From Macrostomum lignano (lineage: Eukaryota), in contig NIVC01003224.1 in the NCBI GenBank assembly GCA_002269645.1, positions 45,943-109,942 on the forward strand: 64,000 nucleotides of DNA. Direction: 5' to 3'. How positions within the stretch are numbered: position 1 is the stretch's first letter; every line of letters starts with the position of its first letter. The position numbers and the translations under genes were made by a program. The notes under the pieces are model-generated. The model worked only from the letters and a program-made list of their open reading frames with translations. It ran no database searches and was not told where the DNA came from. Positions 11,111 through 25,428 of this stretch are shown piece by piece.

Positions 11111-14100
11111 CGAGATACCATCGACCACCTGTTTGGAGTTAGATGTTAAAATCAACAATACCTACAGCAAGTTTCTTGTGGATACCGGAGCCTCGGTTTC
11201 CATTGTTCCACCTCACCTCGTTAATGCACTCGTTCAAGATACAAACGTTCGTTTAATTACTGCTACCGGAGCCGCCATACCAGTTCGCGGGTCGGTCCTA
11301 CTGGATGTCTCAATCCGCGGTTTGCGTCGCGCCTTCCAATGGACCTTCCTCGTGGCGTCAGTGGTGAAACCCATCATTGGTTACGATTTCTTGGCTCACC
11401 ATGGGTTAGTTGTCGATTGTCAGCGCAAACACGTTCGAGACTCAGAAACAGGACTGTCTACTGTTACCTTGTCAATTTCAAATGTTCATTGTGGCCCATT
11501 CACTGTGTCGGTAGAACTGCCACCCAACCTGGATTCTCGGACGAGTACGCTGTTGACAAAGTTTGCAGATTGTTTTTCTTTCGTTGAAGGCGGAGCCCTT
11601 CCGCCAGCTTCAGAGGTCAAGCATGACACTGTTCACCGGCTAGACACTGGCAGTGGACAACCAATTCACTTGCGACCCCGGCAACTGCACCCTGCAAAAC
11701 TACAGGCTGCAAAGCAGGAGTTTCAGCAGCTAATCGATGCTGGCTACCTCAGACCTTCCTCAAGCGCTTGGGCGTCACCCCTCCACATGGCACCCAAGGG
11801 AGCTGGCTGGCGTCCGTGCGGTGACTATCGCGAATTGAACAAACGAACAAAGCCGGACAACTATCCGGTTCCACACATTCAAACCTTCACTCGGTACCTA
11901 CACGGAAGCACTGTGTTTTCAAAGTTAGACCTTGTTCGCGCCTTTCATCAAATTCCAGTTGCCGAAGAGGATATTTGCAAAACCGCTATCACCACACCGT
12001 TTGGATTGTTCGAGTACACACGCATGCCCTTCGGCCTGAGGAATGCAGCACAAACATTTCAACGCTTCATTGACTCTGTTTTTCACGGACTGTCATTCGT
12101 CATCTCTTACATCGATGATGTCCTGATATTCTCAAAGACTCGTGAGGACCACTACTCACATTTGGAACAAGTTTTGGACCGCCTAAGAACACACGGCCTA
12201 CAGGTTCATTTGAAGAAGTGCGAATTCTTTCAGTCCGAGGTAGATTTCCTTGGCCATCGCGTGACTCCTGAAGGAATAAAACCTCTCCAGAAGAAGATCC
12301 AAATAATCACTGACTGGCCGACACCCACGGATTCGAACGCACTTCGGCGCTTCCTCGGTGTCGTCGGTTTCTACCGTCGATTCGTTCCCAACTTTGCCGA
12401 CTGCATCTGTCCGCTGCAAGACCTACTCACTGCATCACTACAGTCAGCAGGAAACTTCCAATGGACAGAGCAGCATCAGAAATCTTTCGAAAACATCAAA
12501 CTAGCTCTCTCAGAGAGACTACTGCTGCATCATCCGGACCCCAACTGTACTGCGTACCACCTGTACACTGATGCATCAGCCGACTGTGTTGGTGCCGTTC
12601 TGCATCAAACCTCTTCAACCGGAACGTCACCTCTTGGCATGTTCAGCAAGAAGTTGTCGTCATCTCAAAGGATGTACAGCACGTTCGACCGAGAACTACT
12701 CGCGGCGTACCTGGCAGTGTTGCACTTCCGCAGCCTCATTGAAGGACTGAGCGTGACCTTGTTCACCGATCATAAACCACTAGCTCAGGCCTTCCACGCC
12801 AATCGCACCACTACGTCAGATCGCAATCAGCGCTACTTGACCGTCTTGTCCGAGTACGTGGCAGATGTCCAGTACATTCGCGGTGCAGACAACGTAATAG
12901 CTGATGCCCTTTCTCGACTGCCTGACTTCCCAGTGAATGATCACGTGTCCAACATCGCAACAGTCGCTGTAGTCGCTGCCCCATCAAGCCAATTCCCTGT
13001 TGATCTGCCTAGTATCGCTGAAGCACAACGACCGGAGTCGTTCTCAGCTGCACCAAATATTCGATCGTATTCTCTGGACAAAGACGTCGTCGTTTGGTGT
13101 GAGACGTCAACGCCGTATCCTCGCCCGATCATTCCGCCGTCCCTCCGTGACGCCGTGATTGCCTCCTTCCATCGACTTGGTCATTTCGGCTACCGTAAAA
13201 CAGCAAAACTCATCACAGAACGTTACTTTTGGCCCGGAATGCGCAAGTCCATCAAGACCTACTGCTGGAACTGCCAGGACTGCCAACAGAGTAAAGTCAC
13301 TCGCCACACTGTCTCCCCGCAACAGGCCTTCGCATTACCATCAAATCGCTTTGAGGCGGTACACATCGATATTGTGGGACCACTTCCACCAGCTAATGCT
13401 ACCACCTTTGGCCACCAGTCTGCCCGCTACCTTCTCACGATGGTCGACCGCTCGACTGGCTGGCTAGAAGCTACACCACTGGAATCAATAACCGCGGAAG
13501 TAGTCGCCCATGCATTCGTCTCGTCTTGGGTCTCGCGCTACGGAGTGCCACTGTATGTAATCACTGATCGGGGGCGCCAGTTCGAATCAGAATTCTTTCA
13601 CTCGGTCTCGTCATCAATTGGTTTTCATCGATTGCGCACAACGGCCTACCACCCTCAAACCAATGGCAAGGTCGAGCGAGCTCATCGCACCCTGAAGACG
13701 ATGCTACGTGCTCGAGGCAATGACTGGCTGACAGACCTACCTGTGGCTCTCCTCGCGATGCACGTCGCACCTGACGACCAAGGAATATCACCGTTCACCA
13801 GGGTTACTGGCGAGCTTCCGATGGTTCCGCGCATCCTAACTTCTGAACCACTCGCCCCAACGGACATTCGGACACGGCTGCAGGAACTGCTGACAGAGTT
13901 ACCGAGTCCACACGCGAAGACGCACGAACCACGGAGCTACGTACCCAAGGACCTGGAAATGGCTGAATTCGTCTGGGTTCGGGTCGATCGCGTGCGGTCG
14001 CCGCTCGAGGCGCCGTACTCAGGGCCGTATCGCGTGAAACAGCGAACTGACAAATTCTTCGTTATTTTCCTACCGTCAGGCAACACCGAATCTGTCTCTA

Positions 14101-14279
14101 TCGATCGCCTCAAGCCGGCGCGACTTTCGCTTCCGAAGTCGGCTGTTCAGCCGGCCGCGAACTCGCTGCCGGAAAAAGCCGCCAAACCAGAGGAACCGAT
14201 GGACTCATCACCTCCTAGAGCGACCTCTAGCGGCCGCCGAGTCCAATTCCGACGCCATAATGATTACATTTATTATTAA
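11100..14279 (+). CDS. pol: Pol polyprotein: aspartic protease, reverse transcriptase, RNase H, integrase
   Basis: FLVDTGAS (PR); YIDD (RT); YTDAS...RELLA (RH); H-x-GH...C-x2-C zinc finger, [17 protein letters not shown] and NGKVER (IN D,D35E). No stops over 1059 aa. Confidence 0.97.
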   Translation: MRSAEIPSTTCLELDVKINNTYSKFLVDTGASVSIVPPHLVNALVQDTNVRLITATGAAIPVRGSVLLDVSIRGLRRAFQWTFLVASVVKPIIGYDFLAHHGLVVDCQRKHVRDSETGLSTVTLSISNVHCGPFTVSVELPPNLDSRTSTLLTKFADCFSFVEGGALPPASEVKHDTVHRLDTGSGQPIHLRPRQLHPAKLQAAKQEFQQLIDAGYLRPSSSAWASPLHMAPKGAGWRPCGDYRELNKRTKPDNYPVPHIQTFTRYLHGSTVFSKLDLVRAFHQIPVAEEDICKTAITTPFGLFEYTRMPFGLRNAAQTFQRFIDSVFHGLSFVISYIDDVLIFSKTREDHYSHLEQVLDRLRTHGLQVHLKKCEFFQSEVDFLGHRVTPEGIKPLQKKIQIITDWPTPTDSNALRRFLGVVGFYRRFVPNFADCICPLQDLLTASLQSAGNFQWTEQHQKSFENIKLALSERLLLHHPDPNCTAYHLYTDASADCVGAVLHQTSSTGTSPLGMFSKKLSSSQRMYSTFDRELLAAYLAVLHFRSLIEGLSVTLFTDHKPLAQAFHANRTTTSDRNQRYLTVLSEYVADVQYIRGADNVIADALSRLPDFPVNDHVSNIATVAVVAAPSSQFPVDLPSIAEAQRPESFSAAPNIRSYSLDKDVVVWCETSTPYPRPIIPPSLRDAVIASFHRLGHFGYRKTAKLITERYFWPGMRKSIKTYCWNCQDCQQSKVTRHTVSPQQAFALPSNRFEAVHIDIVGPLPPANATTFGHQSARYLLTMVDRSTGWLEATPLESITAEVVAHAFVSSWVSRYGVPLYVITDRGRQFESEFFHSVSSSIGFHRLRTTAYHPQTNGKVERAHRTLKTMLRARGNDWLTDLPVALLAMHVAPDDQGISPFTRVTGELPMVPRILTSEPLAPTDIRTRLQELLTELPSPHAKTHEPRSYVPKDLEMAEFVWVRVDRVRSPLEAPYSGPYRVKQRTDKFFVIFLPSGNTESVSIDRLKPARLSLPKSAVQPAANSLPEKAAKPEEPMDSSPPRATSSGRRVQFRRHNDYIYY

Positions 14280-14459
14280 CCTTGTAATGTATAACGTCTA
14301 CTGACTGCTGTTCCAATGTTCTCAATATTTCTCAATGTTCAACCCCTCATATATAATTTAGCTCGTATTTCAACTGTATAACCGCTTCGTTTCAATAATT
14401 TAAGCCATGCCACCATTTTATAATTTAGTTACAGTCTCTTTTCCCCGTGCTCCGCAATT

Positions 14460-14470
14460 GGAGGGGGGAG
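14460..14470 (+). promoter_or_regulatory. Polypurine tract
   Basis: GGAGGGGGGAG directly upstream of the 3' LTR, separated by TCG. Confidence 0.85.
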
Positions 14471-14473
14471 TCG

Positions 14474-14648
14474 TATGGGTATTTTGTTGTACTTTTTATT
14501 TGCAACTCAGTTTGTCATAAATTACCATAGACTAATTTCCTTTTACAGTTCTTTCTCGCAGTTTAGTTTCTCGCCCCAAGCCCTCTCGTCTTTAACTCAT
14601 AAAATATATATGCAATTCAAATCTAAGTTAAGTTGTAGTTTCACTACA
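14474..14648 (+). repeat. 3' LTR (175 bp)
   Basis: Identical to 9919-10093; followed by the ATAT TSD. Confidence 0.95.
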
Positions 14649-15100
14649 ATATAAAAAGACGTTATTTTGAATTTGTTATAATGCAGCTGTTGATTTGTAT
14701 TTGCTAGAAAAAGCTACGAAAGAATTTTGTATATTTAAATAGTTGTAAACGAAAGATAAAAAGGTACATGCTAATTACCACAGTAAAAAGTTTTCGACTT
14801 CAGTAGAATAATGTTTACGAGAGAGTGGGGCTACGGGACGGTAATTAAGAACAGTGGCTGAAGAAAACAAAAGAATAAAATAAAATATTAAACACACGAC
14901 GAAGTTCGAAGAGAGAGAGCTACACTACACCTGCATGCACATGTATTTGCAGTAAGAGTTTATTTAAGAGCGTAAAAAATAGCAAAACTTTTCTGCGTGC
15001 TAAGCTAGGATCAAATAATTACGTCATGCATTAGGTCGCCAAGTAGTGCGTTTTAACTGACCCTATTTAACTGCATCGGGGGCAGCTTTGCACAGCAGAT

Positions 15101-17510
<2,410 letters not shown>

Positions 17511-17590
17511 TATGGTTTTTAGTATTCTACTGCTGGATTTGAGTCTCTCTGAGTCTACCAGGCTGCTCCTCGGATTTCCGCAAACTAGAG

Positions 17591-17597
17591 CTTTATA
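17591..17597 (-). promoter_or_regulatory. Candidate TATA box of the Ly6 gene
   Basis: TATAAAG on the minus strand about 80 nt upstream of the ATG. Confidence 0.4.
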
Positions 17598-18404
17598 TGT
17601 GTGAATAGTGTGGGGCTTGCCAGGATGAACAAATATTCCTTTACTTTCTGCTGCTTTTTCTTCCTGAGCAGAGCTGTTGCCATGGGAGCAATGTAAGATC
17701 AACACAGGGTTCCATTTTCTTGCAATTGTTTGCTTATAGCAAACTGAGCGGCGACCCACGGGGAGATTCGCTGCATTGGATGAAGCTCTGTGCTCATAGC
17801 AACATGGTAAGCAGAGTTAAAAGTGCTTCTCACTTTACTGGAAGCGAGGCAGGGCTTTGCGAAAACAGTCAGCTTCCCATAAAGTAAAGAGAAAATGTTC
17901 TAATTCAAACTAGAATTTAGTCCATAGGCTGGTGCTACCAATTCTACATCTACTTCATTTCATAGAGCTACATTGTCAGAGTAGACGTTTCTTGTGACGC
18001 CATTATAAGGAATTTTAAGGACAGGTAAGCCAAGATCTTGGAGCCAAAAAGTCGGCCTCCTGTACTGGACTATCAGACTACCGCGGTCCGACCGCGCCCC
18101 CGGCAGAGCATGCATTGCGTGGTCGCCATCCCCGCGCCTGTTGCGTGGATCCCCGTGCATCCAGCTTGTTTTGCCGTTTACCACACCGTTTACCACTCTC
18201 TGCCCCTCAGTTGTGCAAAGTCTCCCCCCCCACCCTGCAGCCAATCAGCTTGCACGCTTCTTATTTACTAGACGTAACTCTATCCCACGCAAATATCGAT
18301 TACTAAATAGATATAATATTGGCTCTCCATGCCATGTAGTGGCCAAGCCCTTTCTTAACCAAGTAGAACTGTCTGTGCCTCTACAGATCGCTCGATATCA
18401 CTTC

Positions 18405-20030
18405 ATAGCCGTATGACATAGTCAAACAGGATAACGTATGGAAACGGGGATAAAGTTTCACCTTGCAGGACCCCGGAGGTGGTGGCAATTTCAAATGCAG
18501 GGCCATGGTCAGTCTGGACAAAAGCCTTAAACGAGCTGTAGGTCCATGATAGTCTGGACCAGCAGCTGACGAACTCCATGCTGCTGGAGGAGCCAGGCAG
18601 TTGTCACCTGGCTGACGGAGTCAAAAGCTTTGCAGAAATCTACAAAAACAATTGACACCACTTTTTGGCGAGTCTCGCACGCGTCAATGATGCACCGGAT
18701 CGCAGCGACTTGTTCTGCTGTCGACCGTCCATGTCGAAAGCCGCTATGGGTGTTGAGAAGCATCTGGTTGATGATGGGCTGAATGCGGTTTCGTAGGATG
18801 GTGTTAAGGACTTTGGCCAGACTGCACTCTAGGGCGATGCCACGCAAGTTGTCGAGGCCGCTGGAGTTGCTCTTCCTGGGAATGGCCGCGATCTCAGAAG
18901 TTCTCCATCGCTCTGGGGCACTAGCAGTTGAGTCCCCGACCAGACGGCAAGAGCGGTTGAGGATTCCGGTGATGACAGGCATCTTCAAGACACGCGGTAA
19001 GATGTCATCGATTTCCGCTGCTGCATCAGCCCGCATGGTTCTTAGGGCCTTGAAGACTTCATCCATGGAGATCGGAGCGCAATTGAAGTCGGATGGACAG
19101 GCAGGTGAAGAGTCAGCAAGCGGGCGGAGAGCAGCGCTGGGAGCTGGGACATTGAGAACAAGATGGAAGTGGCCCGCAATCAGCTGTAGGCGGTGCTCGA
19201 TGGGATCAGCGTTGATAATAGCATTCGGTGTGGCTCGCCGTTCTGTGAGGCTGTTGATGGTGCGCCAGGCCGCAGCATGACGGCAGTTGTCAGTGGCAGC
19301 CTTGATCTCCGTCCCAGCTTCTTGGGTGGACAGCTCACCAGCTTGGATGTGGGCAGCTTGCAGTGCCTCAGCCGCGGTGGAGGCAGCAATGTTGGCAGTG
19401 CCGCGGTTGCCTTCTGAGGAGAACTGCTGCCGCGGAAGCAACTGCTGCAAAGAAGCTGTCGTAGTTGCTGTCAAGGTGGAGCCCCAAGTCATTGAGGAGT
19501 TGTCGCAGGAAGTTCGATCTGATTTCATAGTTGCTAAGTGCACCCCAGTAGGGCAGGGGACTGGTCGGCTTCCTGAAGCGATGCCAGCGTAGGTCCAGTC
19601 TGCAGCACAGGAGAGTATGGTTGGATGAGATGCATTTCAGGGTGATGCTACGAACGGCTCGAAGACGAGCTCTCTGCGACATTGGGCAGAGAATGCAGTC
19701 GAGGCGGTGCTGCTACCATGCATTTGGGCCATGAAAAGTTGGTAGAGCACTGAGGCGTTGGCGAAGGCAGCCATTTGCCGCCATTGGGTCTCGAGAATGA
19801 ATGAAGTCAAAAAGGAAACAACACCGATTTTTCACCAGTCGACCGTCTACCGGGAGGGGAGCGTTGAAGTCGCCGGTGACAATGATGAGGTTCAGGGAGT
19901 CCAGCTGGTCAATATCAGAGCATTGTGTTAGTCGTAGAAGCTCTCAGTTGCAGACGGATCTGACGATGTGTTTGGTGCGTCTGTCCTCCAGCGCAAAATA
20001 GCTGGATCATGACCGATGCGCTCAGAGAGA
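18405..20030 (-). mobile_element. Degenerate APE-type non-LTR retrotransposon (LINE; RTE/RTEX-like) fragment
   Basis: Endonuclease motifs APNTS..ESFYD and IIVTGDFNA (~19860-19980). RT motifs PERWRTSEIAAIPRK, GFRHGRST, VFVDFCKAFDSV and, after a frameshift, GVLQGETLSP (~18440-18480). Stops and frameshifts present; RT is truncated before the catalytic motif. Confidence 0.85.
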
Positions 20031-20094
20031 CAACCAAGAAGCCAAGGGAATAACAGTAAGTTTAGCTAATGTATAAGCTATGAAACTCTGAATA

Positions 20095-20470
20095 AAAACT
20101 GGCTTACCATTTTGAATTCGCGGTATTCTTTTCCTTGCTAATCTTATTCGACCAGCTGGATTTTAACTACTTACGATCGAAAAACTGAGTGAGCGAATTA
20201 TGGATTTTAAAAAGTGCAAATTTTCCCACACTAATTTCACTCATTTGATCGCAAGATTTTGCGATTTATTAGTGCAGCATAATATGAAAAAAACGTTATT
20301 TTGAATTTGTTATATTGCAGCTGTTGATTTGTATTTGCTAGTAAAATTTACGAAGTCTATTTAGCTAGTTGTAGACGAAAATTAAAAAGGTATTAGCCTT
20401 AGTAACAAGTTTTAGACTTCAGTCTTCAGTAGAATTTTAGGAGAGAGTGGAGCTAAGGGACATTTTCAGA
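20095..20470. repeat. Uninterrupted copy of the interspersed repeat that hosts the Gypsy element and MITE at 9.4-14.9 kb
   Basis: Collinear similarity to 9430-9918 joined to 14649-14850. Confidence 0.8.
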
Positions 20471-20476
20471 AGAATA

Positions 20477-20711
20477 CACGAGTGCGGGAATGACATGAGG
20501 AATCCCATTGACATATGGCCAAGCATTGTCGGCTGATTTTCCATGCAAGAATGGCATTCTTGCACTCTTTTGCGTGCAGGAATGGATGTCTATGGTAAAA
20601 TCTCACTGAAAAAGCATTAGGCGCAGAAATGCATTCCTGCACGGTTTTGTGCATTCCTGCACGATGAATCATCCGACAATGGAATTCCTTCATGTCATTG
20701 CCGCACTCGTG
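20477..20711. mobile_element. MITE-like element with ~35-bp imperfect TIRs
   Basis: CACGAGTGCGGGAATGACATGAGGAATCCCATTG at the left end; CAATGGAATTCCTTCATGTCATTGCCGCACTCGTG at the right end. Internal GTGCAGGAAT motifs in both orientations. No clean TSD. Confidence 0.7.
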
Positions 20712-20989
20712 ACCGTGCAGGAATCATTCATTTAAGCATGCTTTTAGCGTTTAATGCACGCTTTTACACATTTATATCGTGTTACAATAAATATCGAGAT
20801 ATATAACGGCATTCAATGCCGTGTAGTGGCCAAGCCCTTTCTTACCTCTAAAGCCAGTCGCTGCCAAGCAGGACTCTCTGTGCCTCTACAGATGCCCCCC
20901 ATCGGCTACTCAGAAAGAGCCGCATAACCTTTCGGCACGATGCATGCGGCATAACAGATGCAAGTCAGCAGCGAGAGATTCTACTCTAC

Positions 20990-22100
20990 GTCGGCGGCAA
21001 ACAGGTGGCGGGACACGGAGCGATCCTCAGCCAACAGCAGCCCGACGGCAGCCTGCGACCGATTGCCTACGCAAGCCGCGCACTGTCAGCCTCAGCCCGT
21101 GGAGATTCTCAGACGGAAAGAGATGCCGTTGCCGTCAAATTCGGCTGCCAATTCGCTTTCGCCACTACCTCAGTGGTTCGTCCGGTTTTCGGGTGGTCAG
21201 TGTCACAAGCCGCTGGTGCACCCATTCAAGCCAGGATCGCATCCACCAACAATAATCCACCAACCCCAGTGACGTCCTAAGCCGGCAAATCTTCCCCCAG
21301 CATCAGCAGTCTCCAGCGCCGGAGCAACCAGGGACACTCACTACATCAACAGCATTTTCGAGGACGCGACCCCTTCGGGACTGGCGCTGCAGCAGCTTAA
21401 GGATGCAGTAGCGAGAGACGGAGCCCTACAAGCAGCCATCTCAGCTCTCCGAGGCGGCAAGTGGGATCTTCGACAGTCCACACTGCGATCGTTGCACGCA
21501 GTCAAGCAGGAGCTCGCCACAGCCGACGGAATTCTACTGAAAGGCCAGCGTATCGTCGTTCCCAAAGCTGCGAGTCATCAGGCCGAAGTTCCGGCAGCGC
21601 CGCTGCAAGCCACATCACTACCGCCACACGCCTGGCACACCCCGGGCATCGACTTCACTGGGCCAGTGCAAAACAAGGTCACCGTAAGAGGAGGCGCCGT
21701 AATGCACGCTCGCGGAACGTCACACAGCGTAACTCGATCACGCGCTTGTCCTGGCTCACGAGCGTTGCCGCGTCACTAACTGCCACACCATGGCTCCGCT
21801 GACTTCCGGTCAGACCAACAAGTTCTGCTCTTGCGACGTAGGACTTTACGACCAGCTCTACCCACCTCCACCTCCTACCCACGCTGTTAGCCATGCTCTG
21901 CTGGATTCCCGCGTGAAACAGCAGTTTGTGGGTGGGGAGCCTTTGGAAATCAGCGCAGAGCCGCTTAACAGCGAGAGCATCAGAAAAACCGACGGCACAC
22001 GGACGATGCTAAAGAAGCTTTCTCGAAAGACGACGACGCCGTCCAATCCATCACTGCAGCCGGCTTCGACGTTAAGAGCCGCGTGGTGTGATTGTCCTGT
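20990..22100 (+). mobile_element. Degenerate second Ty3/Gypsy pol relic (RNase H to integrase)
   Basis: GAILSQQQPDGSLRPIAYASRALS..SQTERDAVAVKFG (RH); GILLKGQRIVVP; PPHAWHTPGIDFTGP (IN start). Broken across frames. Confidence 0.8.
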
Positions 22101-22584
22101 TGGGACCCTGAATGGCCGAAAAAATCGAGTGACGCGGCACTCTGGAGGAGCGGAGGAATGAATTGTCCTGTCCTACTGTTTCGCCGGCATCGTGAACGCG
22201 CCCGCGCCGCCGCTACCGCTCCTACCAGACACAACCCTGCCAGCTGAGGAGGATTCTAAACCAGCCCAGTTACCACAGAGAGTAAAGTGCTGTTCGCTCG
22301 AAAAGCACCAGGCGTGCGGCTTCCGAAGTCGCGCAACTTCGGAACATGGCGCACATTGTTCCAATCCCAAGGAATGCTACTTGATTATCTGCAGTCCGGG
22401 CTTTTATGCTTTTTACACGCGACACATGCGTCTGGCTGCTGGAAAACATCGAGGCTGCACTTTTCACACCACACAGCACATTTTATTTATTTGGAAATTC
22501 TGCCAAATGTACTTAAAAGTACATTTGCTTCGATAGGCTAAAAAACGGAAACACTACGAAAAACACTATAGAGACACAAAGAAA

Positions 22585-23615
22585 CAGAGCCAGGAATATC
22601 AACTGCAGTCGCAGAGCCAGGAATATCAACTGCAGTCGCAGAGCCAGGAATATCAACTGCAGTCGCAGAGCCAGGAATATCAACTGCAGTCGCAGAGCCA
22701 GGAATATCAACTGCAGTCGCAGAGCCAGGAATATCAACTGCAGTCGCAGAGCCAGGAATATCAACTGCAGTCGCAGAGCCAGGAATATCAACTGCAGTCG
22801 CAGAGCCAGGAATATCAACTGCAGTCGCAGAGCCAGGAATATCAACTGCAGTCGCAGAGCCAGGAATATCAACTGCAGTCGCAGAGCCAGGAATATCAAC
22901 TGCAGTCGCAGAGCCAGGAATATCAACTGCAGTCGCAGAGACAGGAATATCAACTGCAGTCGCAGAGACAGGGACATCAACTGCAGCGGCAGAGACAGGG
23001 ATATCAACTGCAGTCGCAGAGACAGGGACATCAACTGCAGTCGCAGAGACAGGGACATCAACTGCAGCCGCAGAGACAGGGACATCAACTGCAGTCGCAG
23101 AGACAGGGACATCAACTGCAGTCGCAGAGACAGGGACATCAACTGCAGTCGCAGAGACGGGAACATCAACTGCAGTCGCAGAGACAGGGACATCAACTGC
23201 AGTCGCAGAGACAGGGACATCAACTGCAGTCGCAGAGACGGGAACATCAACTGCAGTCGCAGAGACAGGGACATCAACTGCAGCGGCAGAGACAGGGACA
23301 TCAACTGCAGTCGCAGAGACAGGGACATCAACTGCAGCGGCAGAGACAGGGACATCAACTGCAGCGGCAGAGACAGGGACATCAACTGCAGTCGCAGAGA
23401 CAGGGACATCAACTGCAGTCGCAGAGACAGGGACATCAACTGCAGTCGCAGAGACAGGGACATCAACTGCAGTCGCAGAGACAGGGACATCAACTGCAGT
23501 CGCAGAGACAGGGACATCAACTGCAGTCGCAGAGACAGGGACATCAACTGCAGTCGCAGAGACAGGGACATCAACTGCAGTCGCAGAGACGGGGACATCA
23601 ACCGCAGTCGCAGAG
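22585..23615. repeat. 27-bp minisatellite (ATCAACTGCAGTCGCAGAG[CCAGGAAT/ACAGGGAC]), about 38 copies
   Basis: Read directly. The left ~13 units and right ~25 units are distinct variant types. Confidence 0.97.
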
Positions 23616-24341
23616 TGTAATTTAAGCAGCATTTTTTAGATGTTTTGCTTGATTTCTGTTTATTTCACAGAGTCATTAATCTTGCATTTGCGGCATTTCT
23701 AAATGCTCAAAACAAAATGCTAAATGCTCAGCTGTCTTGGAGAGTCGTTGGAGAGGCATGCAGTTAATTAGTCAGCAGTAGTTCTGTATGATCATAGCGA
23801 GTATAATGTTTTGCTAAATGACTCGAGTATTTAACTTCACTGATGCGCTCGGAGTCATGGTCATTTTCCCTTTGTTAGCTAATGCTTGTTTATGACTTCA
23901 AAGCGCAGGTAGTGCCAGTTCACTGGAATTGATTAACAGTGGAATACCAAGCCATTTTTCCGCCCGTCGAACTACCAAGAGGGGGGGGGGAAATTTCCCC
24001 CCCCAGACAATTTTTTTGCTGCGCTGGAACGGAGCAATGCAGGCACACGAAATTCGAGAACACGGGCTAACTTTTTGTTGCGCACCTTCTCAAACAAGAA
24101 TCAAGTCGCCAGCCCTTCGGACCGTCGAGATATTGGACGATTCTGCCAGAAGGTCAGATTTTTCCCATAAGCGCTAGTGTATTCAGTACACCCCTGTGCG
24201 CCAGTCAGCACTGCGCCTCAGTGCAGCCTTGCCAAGTCTCCAAATTTCATCAGCACGTCGACCACATGTGTCTGCATCAGCTCTGACTTCGTTGGTCACT
24301 AGCCTTCACCCAGGTGGAGCTTCTGGACCCTCAACAGGTGG

Positions 24342-24605
24342 CACCAGGTGACTATGGACACCCTGATGCGGATTTCTCTAGTTTCGCCGATCAAGCCTCG
24401 ACAGTGGGCAAGAATCAACCGCCAGACATTCTCAGCTAGTCTCTCAAGCATTCCGTCATCATCCCGACGCCGTCGGCTCCTTCAACAGATTACACCAGGT
24501 GACCATGGACAGCCTGATAATAAGAATTTCTCTAGTTTCGCCGATCAAGCCTCGACAGTGGGCAAGAATCAACCGCCAGACATTCTCAGCTAGTCTCTCA
24601 AGCAC
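24342..24605. repeat. ~110-bp near-identical direct duplication
   Basis: CACCAGGTGAC.ATGGACA.CCTGAT...ATTTCTCTAGTTTCGCCGATCAAGCCTCGACAGTGGGCAAGAATCAACCGCCAGACATTCTCAGCTAGTCTCTCAAGCA at 24342-24450 and 24494-24605. Confidence 0.9.
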
Positions 24606-25344
24606 ACCTGTCTGCACACCTGGCGCAATCGGGGCAGGTGTAATAAAAAAAACTCATGTCCTGACCTTTCAAAAGCTACTTAAAAGTAGTCACGAAAGCA
24701 TTAAATGCTTCATTTTAAAAACTTGTTTCAACGGGAGAGCGGGAAAATTAGCCTCGATGTAAGGCATGAAGCACGGGCTCACTCACGCACTCAGACCGTA
24801 GCCCTGCGGCAATCTGAGCCGCTCATTTAAGGCTTGGGGGTCACCCGGATCCAAAGTTCCCCATCCTCAATCTCTGTCGCTCTCTCCACTCTCGGACACA
24901 CAACACGAACTCGCACCAGCATGGCACATATGCCCGGAGCAAGATGAAGAGCTAGAGAGAGAGCGCGCGAGGCAAAAAGAGAACCGGAGGAGCCGGACCG
25001 CCCCCCTCCCCTCTGAATGCGATCAATTTGGCTTCGCGGAGGAAAAAAATTAATCAATTTTCTTCTACCGCAAGCAAGTTGCAGAATCTCTTCTTCTTCT
25101 TCTTCTTCTTCTCCTACTTCTCCATTCGCCTTCGCGCCGCTGTATTTGGCCCTATAGATTCCCAACGATCGGCCAGCCCCAAAAAACTAACTTGTTTATT
25201 CGCCCCAGGGGGTAAAGATATTGAGGATCTCTCAATCGAGATCCCCCAGCTCTTAGCCAGCTGAACCAGCGCAGAACCTCAACTGAGACTGGCCTCTCCT
25301 TATTTAGCTACTGGGAGAATGCAGGGTGAAGGGGAATTGTTCAG

Positions 25345-25368
25345 CCAATCCAAGTGGCCCATATAATT
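25345..25368 (+). promoter_or_regulatory. Candidate nAChR core promoter (CCAAT plus TATA-like)
   Basis: CCAAT at 25345 and CATATAATT at 25360-25368, about 60 nt upstream of the proposed ATG 25429. Confidence 0.45.
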
Positions 25369-25428
25369 AACTGCTTTTAGCTGTGTCATCGGGCCAACTG
25401 AAGAGGCCCAGCGAGGAGCGTCAAGACC

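Larger units (their letters stand above)
9919..14648 (+). mobile_element. Full-length Ty3/Gypsy LTR retrotransposon (CsRn1-like organisation), apparently intact and very recent
   Basis: Two 175-bp LTRs identical by eye. 4-bp TSD ATAT (9915-9918; 14649-14652). PBS, PPT, gag ORF and pol ORF in PR-RT-RH-IN order. Confidence 0.97.

Noticed and set aside
22321-22344. Perfect 9-bp hairpin TTCCGAAGT/ACTTCGGAA as a Helitron 3' end or terminator
   Set aside because: No CTAG terminus or T-tract follows; an isolated hairpin is expected by chance in 64 kb.
22513-23632. 362/364-aa ORFs resembling mucin or antifreeze repeats (SATAVDVPV)n
   Set aside because: Open only because the 27-bp unit lacks stops. 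No signal peptide, unique domain or splice support.
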